A DNA stretch of 64,000 nt from Antedon mediterranea (Eukaryota > Animalia > Echinodermata). A program made the translations under genes and the position numbers. The notes beneath the pieces were generated by a model. It had not been told where the DNA came from, did no database searches, and saw only the letters and a list, made by a program, of their open reading frames with translations. Positions within the stretch are counted from its first letter, which is position 1. Each line of letters begins with the position of its first letter. Positions 1 through 12,171 of the stretch are shown in pieces. The stretch is from contig NC_092675.1 of assembly GCF_964355755.1 (NCBI RefSeq), positions 20,370,912 to 20,434,911 of the forward strand, given 5' to 3'.

Positions 1-455
1 ACGTTCTGTAATTATAGTTACAATAGTAAAGTAGCATATATCAACATTTAATTATCGCAATGTGCTTTAAACAGACTATCGTTTAACAATATTATTACAC
101 GTTATATAACACAAGTTCACCATAACATCACTAGGCAAATCCTCTAAATAATCGGCTACTGCATTCAAAGTACAATACCACTTACGTTATATCAATGTCA
201 ATTATTATTATAAATCAATAATTGCGTAAATACAATACATCAATCTACAGTTATCAATAAATCCAATACAGTATATAGAAATCTATATAATTAACAAAGA
301 AAATACATCAATTAATGATAGTTCAATATGTGTACATCTTATCTGTATCTCGGATTCACCGACAGTTGATCCAGGGCTTTCCAATCACTGGTCACTCCAA
401 AGAATATACTCGCTAATCACCATCATCTGCCGCTAAACGTCATTCTTGAATTGCG

Positions 456-796
456 ATCCTGTCCGTGACGCCAATTTGTCGTGGTACGTGAGACCATGCC
501 CGGATTGATTTGGAAGTTTTCTCCCCGGGTATCAAGCGTGCGAGGCTTGGCTCAAATGAATGCAATATCAAGACCAACAGAAAGACAACAAGTTGTTGAT
601 TGCCGTTATCAGACCATTTATTGTGTACAACTCAACATCACTCAGAAAATAAAGAGAACGAAGAAAGGAAAAAAACCCTGAATCAACTTGAATGATGTAT
701 TTACTAACTAAGAACGAAAGATCGTACAGCAATCAACCATTTCTAAATGGTAACTTCAACAACGGCTTAATAATATATATATACAACACGGTAACA
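456..796 (-). mobile_element. Primer-binding site (456-473) and probable 5' LTR (477-~796) of an LTR retrotransposon whose body runs off the left edge
   Basis: Minus strand reads TGGCGTCACGGACAGGAT, complementary to the 3' end of a tRNA-Ser(CGA)-type tRNA (...ATCCTGT(C/T)CGTGACGCCA), 3 nt from a TG at 477. The far end is placed at ...CACGGTAACA (796; minus-strand TGTTACCGTG). No partner LTR or TSD is visible, so that boundary is tentative. Confidence 0.6.
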
Positions 797-1160
797 AAAA
801 TCACATCTTCCTGTGTTTGCAACAAAAGCTTTTCTGACGCGCAGACAGAAAAACCAGGTAGTTAACCAAAACATCACCTATATGCAAATGCGCCAAACAC
901 AATGCTCGCAAAACAACTAGCAGCAAGACACTTATATGCAAATACGCAGAACGCACACGAACAACAACTGATCCATGACAATAATGTTTCTTTGAAGGAA
1001 TAAAATGTATAGGCCTATACTTGATGTCGAACTTTCCAGACGGGTATATCGCTTTAAGCGATGCATGCGCATCAACCAAAGACGAGGTTGAAACATCGGA
1101 TTCTCTTATGTAAAGAAATGTCTTATCACTGTTCATTCAAAACAGAGATACTCAAACACA

Positions 1161-1560
1161 TTTATTTATTTTATTTGTTCTTTCTTTAAACTGAAATACA
1201 CATATTTACAACAAAAATAAAATATAAAACAAAAACAAAAAGAAAGAAAACCGATATAAAACTATTTTCAATTGTGAAGGCAAAAGGTTAATACATATAT
1301 GTTTTCTATAGTGAAGATTTAAAAGTTGTCAAAGACATATTATGGAGTTCTGATTTTATGTTATTAGAGAATTCCATAGTTTAGTTGATCTATAAACAAA
1401 AGTTCTTTTAGCCTGAGAGTTATTCCATAAAGTCATTATTACACATATACCCAAGCACATTATCTATGTATTTTCCACTCTGTCTGATCTAATTAATACC
1501 CCTTTTTTTTACACTGCCAAGCTATGTGAAAGTGTTCTCTTCTTTTTATTGTATAGGTTT
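1161..1560 (-). mobile_element. Decayed 3' end of a CR1/L2-group LINE (ORF2 C-terminus and 3' UTR)
   Basis: Minus-strand translation of ~1365-1412 gives AKRTFVYRSTKLWNSL, the typical ORF2 C-terminal motif. It is followed by a T-rich UTR and an AATAA-type tail at ~1161-1175. A second copy lies at ~33910-34260. Confidence 0.55.
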
Positions 1561-1587
1561 GCAGGTTTAATTTTTGTTTTAGTCATA

Positions 1588-2443
1588 GGCCCCGTTTCTG
1601 CTGCCAAAAATATACCGTATATATACGGTATATTTTATATACGGTATATTTTTTGGCAGCAGAAATGGGTCTCATAAAAAATATACCGTATATATATGCG
1701 GTATATATACCGCATAAATATCCCCATCGTTTGTGGATATTATACGGTATATTCCAAAATATACCGTATATTTCGTACCCCGTTTCTGCTGCACTCAAAA
1801 TATACCGTATATGTGACCCGGCCCATAAAACGAGGTCAAAAACTAACAGAGCGTGACGCGTTTGTTTGGTTTTTCTGCTGCATTGACACACACGTGTATA
1901 ATAAGCAAGCAACAGATCAAACTGTGGACTGAAGAAATAACTATTTTTGCAATTCAATTGTGGGGAGAAGCGAAGGTTGGGGGGAGACTACATGGCAACA
2001 GAAGAGATACCGTCGAGATTTACAAAAGTATCTCAAACAAAATAAAAGCAGAATTTGTGGTAGACTTAATAACGCCAAAGTTATCGGCAAACGCCGTCGT
2101 CTTCTTTGCATAAATGTAGTCAATGCCCATTCTACATTTCTAGATTGTTTGTGCGATGTAAATTCGTTGCCACTTCTGATCATTAGATTTAAAATAGAAA
2201 GCAATGCTAAGACGTTTTGAGAAACCATCATTGTTTTTGTTTTTGTCATGTAACCTCACTACATGAGACTCTAGGTCAATCCATACTTCCGTCTCACAAA
2301 TTCATTTTGGGTATATGAAAGCCAACTTTTTTTACAGCCCACCCACGAAGTATGTGCAGCGGAAACGGTGCACGAATTTCATATACGGTATATATACGGT
2401 ATATTTATACGGTATATTTGGGATTGGCAGCAGAAACAGGGCC
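1588..2443. mobile_element. Non-autonomous DNA transposon (MITE), PIF/Harbinger-like
   Basis: TIRs GGCCC(C/T)GTTTCTGCTGCCAA (1 mismatch in 20). 3-bp TSD ATA (1585-1587, 2444-2446). The empty site with a single ATA is present in copy B at 34274-34276. Many subterminal ATATACCGTATAT motifs. Confidence 0.9.
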
Positions 2444-2818
2444 ATAGTCAATTAGTGTAGTGTAGTGTATTAAGTATATGAGGTTCTACAGCTAATTAAA
2501 TATGCAAGGTCTTGTACTCACACCTCATAAATATTGGGCATAGGTATGTAAACAAAGACAGATATCATGTATCAAGTTATCTTAATCTCTACAATTCACT
2601 TCTATTATAACATCAGTGCTGTGAACATCATAGACTTTTCTGAAGAGTTTATTTAAAATTAACATTACCAAAACGCAATTTTGTAATTTGTTAACTGTAA
2701 GTAAAATCAATATTACAATTTTCTTGTTGATTTAACTATGTAGGTTTATGTAATGATTTAGTTTATATTATTAACATACAGAACAGCATGTACAGTGTCA
2801 CAATGTAATGGTGTGGCC

Positions 2819-3001
2819 TGTAATGTTATGACTTATGGGAATAATGACTTTAATAACGCAATAGACGACTGTGTAAACTTTTATAACTTTTAATGCAGAA
2901 ACTCCAGAATCAAGATGGCTGTCAAAACCATGTGCATGAATTGTGCGGTGTGGGGGCGCTGTACACATTACAGTTGTGTTCAGGCTTACAATATCATTAC
3001 A
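2819..3001 (-). repeat. 3' LTR of outer element
   Basis: Matches 11387-11569 with 3 substitutions; adjacent polypurine tract. Confidence 0.95.
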
Positions 3002-3089
3002 TCCCCTTTACTGAAAGATGGAAAAGATATGTATCAAAATGTGATTTACTTTAGGCATAATATATAGCATGAATAGATGCTGGATATCT

Positions 3090-3603
3090 TCAGCATGAGT
3101 ATGAATATGAGAAAACTGAATAAAGACTATTTGTAAAACAAATGTAACTTTCAACTTTGTTTATAACTATCAGTTCAAGAATCAGTGTCTTTGTATCATG
3201 TTTATGTATTATTATTAGAGTTATTCGCGAATCTTGCGGGCTTCCTAATATGTCGACTACTTCTTCGTAGGATTGATCCATCGGACATTTTGACGTCATA
3301 TGATCTCGGTTCAGCGCGTTTGTTTTGAACTGTTCCGGGTTCCCATTTAGAATGATTTGCTTCATTCTTAATCACTAACGCTTTCCCCCTCTTTTGGGTC
3401 TTGCGATTGTTTCGCGTGCTTGTTATAATAGCGTTTTTGCGTTTCTTGACGATCAGCGAGTGCGTTATCAACTTCGCTATGGCCATCGGCGATTCTTACT
3501 GGCATGTTTGATTTGTAAATCCTTTTGTTGAGGATCTCTGCGGGAGATGGTAGTCTACTGTCGATTGGGGTTGATCTGAGTATCAAGAGTGCGCGTTGCG
3601 GAT
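3090..3603 (-). pseudogene. C-terminal integrase region of the outer element, frameshifted and separated from its N-terminal part
   Basis: ALLILRSTPIDSRLPSPAEILNKR...RQETQKRYYNK...W-PGTV...PRSYDV...ILRRSSRHIRK continues the integrase that breaks off at 8053 (…ESKEDP). Confidence 0.85.
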
Positions 3604-3865
3604 TGTTATATACAGTACCCCCAGTACCTTTGTACAGTAGTAATGTATTGTAATATAATGTAAAGTATTGTAAAGCTGACTCAAAGATAGATGTATTCAC
3701 TTCGACTACTTTTTAACAACTCTTTAATTCACAATTCTACTTTCTATATGACTCATACAAATTGGTGTTACAGGTGGTATTTGTAAACCAACTGATAACA
3801 TAGGAAGTGTATACTGATAAACAAATGTATCATCTTGCCTACTGGCACCATAGCTAGACATAACA
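3604..3865 (-). repeat. 3' LTR of inner element
   Basis: Matches 7793-8052 with 2 substitutions and 2 small indels (5 bp and 3 bp). Confidence 0.95.
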
Positions 3866-3895
3866 TCTCTCCCCTCCTAATTTCACATGTTACAT

Positions 3896-6800
3896 TTAGG
3901 GAGTGTAATCAATTAACCAACGTGGTTTATAAACTTCACGTCTAGGTCTATCTTTATCAAATGTATGTACAACAGTATCTTTCTGTTTCTGTGTGGTTAG
4001 ATCATTTGTTAGGTATTTAGCATTCCAGATCTTTCCATCATCTAGCTCATATGTAGCATTACTAACAATTCTTTTAATTTTTCCTCCAGTATAGAACTTA
4101 TTACTTGATTTATCAACATGTCTCGGATTCTTAATTCGTACTGAATCTCCCACTTTAAATTGTGGTTTCCTCACATTTTTCTTATCATCGTAATACTTCT
4201 TACTTTTACTTTGGAACTTTTTAACTCGTTCCTTTACCTCAGTATGTTTAATTCCATTTTGGTAACCATCTGTAGGTCTTACATTTAGTGTAGTAATTAA
4301 TTTACGCTTATGTAATAATTCTGCAGGAGATATGCCTGTAACAGTAGATCATAAGAAATTCTAACATGGCCTCATTCCAATTCTTATTATTTTCATTGGC
4401 CATTTGAATGGTATGTTTAATTGTTCTATTCATTCTTTCAACTAATCCATTACTTTTAGGATAGTACAATGATGTTCTAATGTGTTTAATACCTCTCTCC
4501 TTTAAATAATTTTCAAACTCTATGGATACAAATTGTTTCCCATTATCGGATACCAACTCATTTGGTAATTCTTCTCTTGCAAATATCTGATCGAGAAAAT
4601 TACATACAAATGTAGATGTAATATCATTAGTAAAAGAAACTTCTGGCCATTTACTGAAATAGTCAACTAACACAATAGCATATCTACACTTTCTAGGTCC
4701 CTTTTCAAATGGGCCTATTATATCAATAGCAACTTTTTGCCATGCATGTTCTGGTAACGCAATTGGTTGTAATGGAGCATTGTAAGTTTTAGCCGTCTTA
4801 TCACTATTTTGACACGGTTCACAATTCTTAATTTTATCTTCTACTTTACGATCTATAGCAGGAAACCAGTATAGTTCTCTAATCCTGTTTTTAGTTCGTA
4901 CAATACCTTGATGTGCAGTATGTGCTTCATCAATTATTTTACATTGCAATGATTTTGGGATTACCAGTCTCTCCCCCCTCATAATTAAATCATCATTTAA
5001 ACACAATTCATCTTTTACAAGGTAGTAAGGTTTTAATTCTTCATTTAACATTTTCTTACTTGGCCAGGCAGTTGTAATATACCTCTTAAGTAATGTTGAC
5101 ACATGATCAGTATTTGTCTCCTTAATTAACTCTTGTTTTGTAATGCAAGTGTTAGCATCCAATATATAACTTAATACAAATTCATCACTATTATCAACAG
5201 AAGGATTATTTTCTGTTATGGGGAGTCTACTTAAAGCATCGGCAACAGAATTATTTTGCCCTGTAACATATTCAATCACATAATCTAAATTAAGTAGCCA
5301 CTCTGCCCATCTAGCAATTCGCATGGTTTTATGACCTGTAGCACATGAACTTAGCAATTTTAAATTAGCCTTGTGGTCAGTACGTAATGTAAATTTGTTA
5401 CCCCATAAGTAATTAAACCATTTTTTACAAGCATATACACAAGCTAATGCTTCTTTCTCTCCCGTTGAATAATTACGCTCTGCACTTGTTAATGTAATGT
5501 AAATGCAATAGGAATTTCAATGTTATCCTTATTTGACTTAGCACACCGCCTATTCCGTAATCTGAACTATCAGTGGTAACAATCACTGGTAATTTGGGAT
5601 CAAACAAATTCAATGCAGTACTTTTAGCAATACTATTCTTTAATTTATCAAATGCGGCTTGTTGTTCAGTACCCCACACAAACGCATTTTCTTTCCTTAG
5701 CAAATACCTTAATGGTTCTGATGTAGTCGCATAATTTGGTACAAATTTTGCATAGTATCCAAACATTCCCAAAGCAGTTCTCAATTCAGAGATGTTGTTT
5801 GGAATTTTTGCCTCGATTATGGCTTTTACATGGTCATTATCAGGTTGAAGTCCTGAAGCCGAAATTGTATGACCTAAGTATGAAATTTATTTAACTCTAA
5901 ATTTGCATTTATCAAGGTTTAGCGTTAACCCTGCCTTTTGTATTTTACTTAGAACATTTTCCATATTAATAGCATGTTTATGTTCATCTTTACCAAAGAC
6001 AACAATATCGTCAAGATAGCAACGTACCCCCTTTTCATTCATTAGGATTGAACTCATTGTTTTCTGAAATGCAGATGGTGCGGAAGCAAGACCAAAACAT
6101 ACTCTCTTATAACGGTAAAGGCCTTGATGCGTAATAAAAGCAGTTAAATCCCTACTTTCTTTATGTAATGTCAATTGATGGTACGCAGATCTAAGATCTA
6201 ACGTAGAAAATACAGTAGCACCATGCAATGAATTGAATAATTCTGAAATATCAGGTAAAGGAAATTGGTCTACTACAAGTTCTTTGTTAACTTCTCTTAA
6301 ATCTATACAAATACGTACATCACCGGATTTTTTTACCTACTACGACAATAGGACTTACCCAAGGACTTGCATTAATTTTCTCTATAATTCCTTGGCTTTC
6401 TAACCTATCAAGTTCTTTAGCAACTTTGTCTCTTACCGTAAATGGTAAGCTTCGTAATTTCTGAATTTTCGGTGTACAGTGTTCGCGGACCATAACTTTA
6501 TGTACGAAATCCTTCGCGAGCCCCACATTCCCATTGAACAATCTCGGATAGTTCTTTTTCAGTTCTTGCTTGTATTCAGCATCATCAATTGTAGTAGTAT
6601 CTTTAGCAACTTGGACGTAAGCAATTTGTCCTTTCACAATGTTAATATTTAGGTTGCTAATCAAGTCCATCCCGAGAATAGGCGATCCTTTTTCTACAAT
6701 GTAAATCTTCGCGTGCACTTTATTCTCTGGCTCACTGGCAAGTGTAACTGGTAAATTCACAAATCCATGCACATGTATCGGTTCCTTGGAGTAGGTCATC

Positions 6801-7018
6801 AGTTTGATTGACGCCTTTTGTAGAGCTTCGTTGACAAAATATCGATTATAGATTCTTTTGGGTAGAATTGTAACTGGTGAACCAGTATCTATGGTCATGT
6901 TCACTTTTGCTGAATGACCTATCAATACGTCAGTGCGTAATTTTCTGTTAACCATCACATTAAACAGACATGGTTTCATCAATATTTTCAATTTCAACAC
7001 TTCTGCAAACACTAGCAA
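3896..7018 (-). pseudogene. pol: Disrupted pol of inner element (protease, RT, RNase H, integrase)
   Basis: ORF fragments carry IDTGS (protease), LDLRSAYHQ/FGLASAP/YLDDIVV (RT), TTDSSDYGIG (RNase H), and H-x3-H...C-x2-C plus D,D35E (integrase). Split into at least 5 ORFs by frameshifts and stops. Confidence 0.92.
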
Positions 7019-7751
7019 AATGTCCTATCTTACAGCATTTATTGCATTTAGCTTTCTTTGCCTTGCATTTGACATCATTTGCTTTGTGCGATTTCGAACC
7101 ACAACAAAAACAGTACTCACTGGATTTGTATTTTGCTGGCTGTTGTTTAGGTTTGTAATTACTCTTTCGTATCTGCTCAACAGGTACTGATAGTTCAGCT
7201 TTACCTATTATTTGGCATTCTTTTGCAGCATGTTCGCATTGCCTTGCAATTTCTATGGCAGTATTTAATGTAAGTTCAGGTTCCAGAAGTAATCTTTCAC
7301 GAATACGGGAAGAATTAGTTTTCTCAACTAACTGGTCTCTTATCATTTCATCAGCTATTACACCGAAATTACATGAAATTGATAATTGTCGAAGTTCTCT
7401 TACGTACTCATCTGATGTTTCATCCTGGAGTTGTCTACGTTGACGAAATTTGTATCTTTCCGCTACAACGTTTAATCTTGGGTTAAAATGTGCCCGCAAT
7501 TTGGCAACAGTTGCATCATATGAATTAACATCATCATTTGGATCAATTTCTCTTTCTGGTAAAGAGCTGTAAATACGTTGACCCTCAGTACCAAGACAAT
7601 GTAGTAATAGTGCTTTTCTTCTTTCAGCATTCCATCGGTCACTTCCAGACGCAAGAGTATAATTTGTAAAAAATTCAAACCATTGTTCAAACTTTAACGT
7701 TGATTTGCCTGGAGTAGGTAGAAACGGTACTGGTGGTGAAATTCCAGCCAT
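6960..7751 (-). CDS. gag: Gag of inner element with two zinc knuckles
   Basis: ATG just downstream of the PBS. Retrotransposon gag motifs (ERYKFRQRRQ...DEMIRDQLV) and knuckles CFCCGSKSH...C and CNKCCKIGHFASVC. Confidence 0.88.
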   Translation of the reverse strand: MAGISPPVPFLPTPGKSTLKFEQWFEFFTNYTLASGSDRWNAERRKALLLHCLGTEGQRIYSSLPEREIDPNDDVNSYDATVAKLRAHFNPRLNVVAERYKFRQRRQLQDETSDEYVRELRQLSISCNFGVIADEMIRDQLVEKTNSSRIRERLLLEPELTLNTAIEIARQCEHAAKECQIIGKAELSVPVEQIRKSNYKPKQQPAKYKSSEYCFCCGSKSHKANDVKCKAKKAKCNKCCKIGHFASVCRSVEIENIDETMSV

Positions 7752-7792
7752 TGTATCACTTAGAATTTAAAATCCCATCCTCGTCGCCAATT

Positions 7793-8052
7793 TGTTATAT
7801 ACCCCCAGTACCTTTGTACAGTAGTAATGTATTGTAATATAATGTAAAGTATTGTAAAGCTGACTCAAAGATAGATGTATTCACTTCGACTACTTTTTTA
7901 CAACTCTTTTATTCACAATTCTACTTTCTATATGACTCATACAAATTGGTATAGTTACAGGTGGTATTTGTAAACCAACTGATAACATAGGAAGTGTATA
8001 CTGATAAACAAATGTATCATCTTGCCTACTGGCACCATAGCTAGACATAACA
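7793..8052 (-). repeat. 5' LTR of inner element
   Basis: TG...CA termini; adjacent to the tRNA-Ser PBS. Confidence 0.95.
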
Positions 8053-11000
8053 CGGATCTTCTTTGGACTCGATAGCTTTCTTTAGCGTATTTTTGACAGT
8101 TTGTACTTGACGTTCTATGAATCCATTTGATTGACTGTATCTTGGCGATGTGATGCACCAATTTTCTGCAAATCGCTCAAACTCCTCGGAGACAAATTGC
8201 GGACCGTTGTCACTAACGATTTCGTCTGGGGTACCGTGCTCAGCGAATATTTCTTTTAACACGTTGACGACTGTTTTAGATGTGGTCACACTGCGTAGAT
8301 TCTTGACGATTGGGAATTTTGAGTAGTAGTCGCAGATGATGATATAGTTTGAGCCGTTTAGTGCGAACAGGTCTGCTCCTAGTCTTTGCCAAGGTCTAGT
8401 AGGTATTTCATGCTGGATTATTGGTTCCTTCTGTTTTCGTCGTGCGTGTTGCTGACAAATTTCGCAGTTCTCAACTTTTGTGCGTATTGCGTCGTTCATG
8501 TTCAGCCAAAATACCGCTGTGCGTGCTTGCAATTGGGTTTTTGTGGTGCCAAGATATGCTTCGTGTAGCTTGTCGAGGATGTCCTGTCTTAAGGACTCGG
8601 GGATCAGATAACAAGTGCCTTTGAGGATGATTCCATTTGCTACAGAGAGTTCATCGCGATATGACCAATATTTGCGGATATCTTTACAAACTTCCTTTCG
8701 CGTCTTTGGCCACCTTCAATTATAGTGTCGCGCAGCTTTACAAGTTCGTCATTATCGTCTGTTGCTTCGCGGATGGTGCACTCCTTCGCTGCGGAGAAAT
8801 GTACGTTATCGACCCTTATGTCTAGCTTGATCTCGTCAGCGTCATCTTTGTTTGGCATTCTGGAGAGACCGTCTGCAAGTGGGATCTCTTTCCCTGGTCT
8901 GTATTTTATGTTGCAGTTACAGCGTTGGATGCGTAGAAGCATGCGCTGTAGCCTTGGCGGTGAAGCTTTCAGATTTTTCAAACTGATCATTTCCAGCGGC
9001 TTATGATCGGATTCAATGATGAATGGCTTTCCGAATACATATGTATGAAATCGCTCACATCCGAAGACGCATGCTAGCATCTCTCGTTCAATATTCGCGT
9101 AGCGTCGCTCAGTTGGCGTTAGGCATTTTGAGGCGACCGCGACTGGCTTGCCATCTTGTAGTAGGCAGGCGCCTAGACCGTATGAAGAGGCATCTACCTG
9201 AATAACGCTATCTTTGGTTTTGTCAAAATAGTGCAGTTCGTATGAGACTGTGATTGCGTCCTTTTTGCGTTGCATCGCTTGACTATGACTTTGTGTCCAC
9301 TCGAATATCGCTTCCGATTTAAGTAGGTCTCTGAGTGGTTGGGTTAGGTCGGCTAACCTTGGGACGAATGATCCCATGTATGTAACGATGCCTAGTATAG
9401 AGCGGAGTTCAGATATGTTGGTTGGATCGGATAAGTTCGTAATCGCTACAAGTTTCTTGGGGTCTGGTCTGACACCAGTATCGCTGTAGATTTGGCCGAA
9501 GAAGCCGATTTGTTTCTGTTTTATCGCGCACTTTTCTGAGTTAAATGTGAGGCCTTCCTCTGCAGCGACTTTCATAAGATTGCGCAGGTTGGCGTCATGA
9601 CTCGCCTCTGAGTCGCCGTGTACACCGATGTCATCTGCTATGCCAGCAGTACCTGGGCAGCGTTCAAGAATCTGGTCCATTTTTGCTTGGAACACGTCCT
9701 GGCTCATTTTCAGCCCGAATGGTAGTCGCTGGAAGCAAAATCTGCCAAAAGGCGAGTTAAATGTGGTAAGCAGTTGCGAATCTGGGTGCAGTTTGACTGC
9801 CCAATAACCATTTTTCGCGTCGAGCTTAGAAAAATGTTTGGAAACTGCGAATTTGTGCGAAGTTTCTTCTAGCGTTGGCGTATGGTGATGCGGACGTTGG
9901 ATCGCTTTATTCAAGTCTTTGGGGTTGAGGCAAATACGAAGGTGACCGTTAGCTTTGCGTGTGTAGGTGATACTGTTGACCCACTCAGTCGGCTCAGTGA
10001 CTTTGCGTATTACACCTTCCTTGAGCATTCTGTCGAGCTCTAGCTTTATTTTGTCGTGAATTTGGATTGGGCATTTTCTAGACGAATGGATTACTGGTCT
10101 GGTATTAGGATCGAGAACGATCTTGTATTCACCCTTAAAGTTGCCTATTCTATCAAACTGTTTTGGGTAGATTGCTTTCAGTTGGTCTACGGACTCTATG
10201 AATGAGTTGCTAACAGTGTCGCATTTAATTGATACTAGATCAAGCCCTCGCAGTGATGGTAGTCCCAATATAACCGGACCATCACATTCAGCAACGTAGA
10301 AGTCGGCTTTGTGTTGTACGTTGTTGTGAGTACAATCAATAGTCAGAATACCATGATGCCGGATTTCGCTACTGTTGTATGCAGTAAGCTTCGCGTTTGA
10401 TTGCTTTAACATGGTGTGCATCCGACGCCTTGGATACATATTACGAAATGTTCTGACAGGAAGAACGTTACCCTGTGCGCCCGTATCTAGCTTAACTTTT
10501 AGGGTCGCTGGCGTACCATCGATAAGAGATATGTTGAGCGTAGCAAACGCTTCATCGGTGCTAAGCGAATTAATATGAATACTATCAAATTCTAGTACGC
10601 TATCTCCTTCTACGGATGTGGCCTGTAATTCTACGCTTTTGTTGTGCTTTTTCTTTTCACAAACTTTTTCCCAGTGGCCTTTCTTCTGGCAAAAGTTGCA
10701 TATTGCGTTATACGTTACGCATTTGCCCTTCTGGTGCTTTTGGCCACAGTATCGGCATGGCTTGCCTGTGTGTTGGGGTTTTGGATTGGGTCTAGGTGGC
10801 GCCCTCTTATGTCGCTTCATGACGTGTACCTGTTTGTCAGGGTTTAACACTGACATGCTGGCCTTTGTTGCCTCATGTGTTCTGGCTGTGTCTATCGCTT
10901 TGTCTAGCGTTAAATCGCTGGAAGCTATAAGCTTCTTTTGGACCTCTGTGGAATTTGTCCCAGTGATTAATTGCTCAATGATTCGTTCATCGAGAGATTA

Positions 11001-11373
11001 TTACTTACGTTTTGCACTTCTGTGCTTGCAAACGTAGCCTGGCGACGTAATCGTCCACCTTTTCACCTGCTGCTTGTTTGAGCCTACCAAACTCGAATCT
11101 CGACAATCTGAAATTTGTCTTGGGTGTGAAATGTTTCTCCAACCTTTCGAGTATTGACTTAGGCGTCTGGTCATCCTGGTCCATTCCCCATGAATTAAAA
11201 AGTCCTTCTTGACCTAGCCAAATCAAAATGTAAGTCACCTGTGACGGATCGTCCTTGCATACCTTGGCGAGAGGACCCTTGAACAGCAGCTCGCAATATT
11301 GCTTAAAATTTGCGATTTCTGCAGACATATTGCTAGCCTGGTAATTGATGCTTGGCTTGGTGATCGAATCCAT
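8053..11373 (-). pseudogene. gag-pol: Disrupted gag-pol of outer element
   Basis: ORFs 11005-11373, 8640-10856 and 8041-8532 carry double knuckles (CRYCGQKH, CNFCQKKGHWEKVC), LDTGA protease, IADDIGV RT, VDASSYG RNase H and GADLF/SDNGPQF integrase core. Frameshifts near 11005, 8710 and 8550. Confidence 0.93.
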
Positions 11374-11386
11374 TTGGCTGCCACCA

Positions 11387-11569
11387 TGTTATGTTATGAC
11401 TTATGGGAATAATGACTTTAATAACGCAATAGACGACAGTGTAAACTTTTATAACTTTTAATGCAGAAACTCCAGAATCAAGATGGCTGTCAAATCCATG
11501 TGCATGAATTGTGCGGTGTGGGGGCGCTGTACACATTACAGTTGTGTTCAGGCTTACAATATCATTACA
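11387..11569 (-). repeat. 5' LTR of outer element
   Basis: TG...CA termini; directly followed on the minus strand by the PBS and gag ATG. Confidence 0.95.
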
Positions 11570-11969
11570 TGGCCAATCAGATTATAAGGGACATAAATTA
11601 TTTTGGACTAGTAGGTTAGGACTAGTAGTTGAACCTGAATGAATGGCATACTGTAACAGTGTTTTGTTTCCCTATTTTAGTAGGGAGTACCAGTACCTGA
11701 TTAACAGTCGATGTATATTATACAGGGTTGCAGTGTTGCGTATGTCTTTATACTTTCCGTTAATAATAATTAAACAATTATTTAATCAAACTTCATAATC
11801 TAGTAATATAATAAAGCTCAATATAAAGTAACAAATGTCAAGAATAAGTAAACGACAGAAAATAAATATTCCTTTGCTTTATAATTAATCAGTTGCTTCT
11901 GAGTTATTATTTAGTATAAACTATATTCCTTTCACTAGTTCCTATGTGGACATATTGTGTTGGCATTAA

Positions 11970-12171
11970 AGACCCATTCCCTACAATTTGTGATGTCTTG
12001 TAAAAATAATGCATATACAGTATATTACTTTTAAAAACATTAAACCCGGTCATTCCTTGTCTTAAATGTACGTTTTATTTTATGGTAATTTTAACCATAG
12101 AGTTATTTTTACATTAAATGTAGTTTGTGACCTTAAATTGGATTTAAAAAACGTACTGTAGGAATGGGACT
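11970..12171. mobile_element. TTAA-flanked MITE, Kolobok-like
   Basis: TTAA|AGACCCATTCCCTACA ... TGTAGGAATGGGACT|TTAA. AG...CT termini with a TTAA TSD are characteristic of Kolobok. Copy B retains only the right part (~34960-35126). Confidence 0.7.

Larger units (their letters stand above)
3604..8052 (-). mobile_element. Full-length Ty3/Gypsy LTR retrotransposon nested in the integrase of the outer element
   Basis: LTRs 3604-3865 (262 bp) and 7793-8052 (260 bp). 5-bp TSD CGGAT (3599-3603, 8053-8057). 18-nt PBS TGGCGACGAGGATGGGAT (7772-7789), complementary to the tRNA-Ser(GCT) 3' end. PPT AGGAGGGGAGAGA at 3866-3878. Confidence 0.97.
2819..11569 (-). mobile_element. Full-length Ty3/Gypsy (Mag-like) LTR retrotransposon, outer element, interrupted by a second element
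   Basis: 183-bp TG...CA LTRs (2819-3001, 11387-11569). 5-bp TSD TGGCC (2814-2818, 11570-11574). PBS TGGTGGCAGC (tRNA-Leu-like, 11377-11386). PPT AAAGGGGA next to 3001. Gag-PR-RT-RH-IN domain order. Confidence 0.97.

Noticed and set aside
7772-7789. tRNA-Ser gene (also 456-473)
   Set aside because: Only the 3' 18 nt including CCA are present, next to an LTR; these are primer-binding sites.
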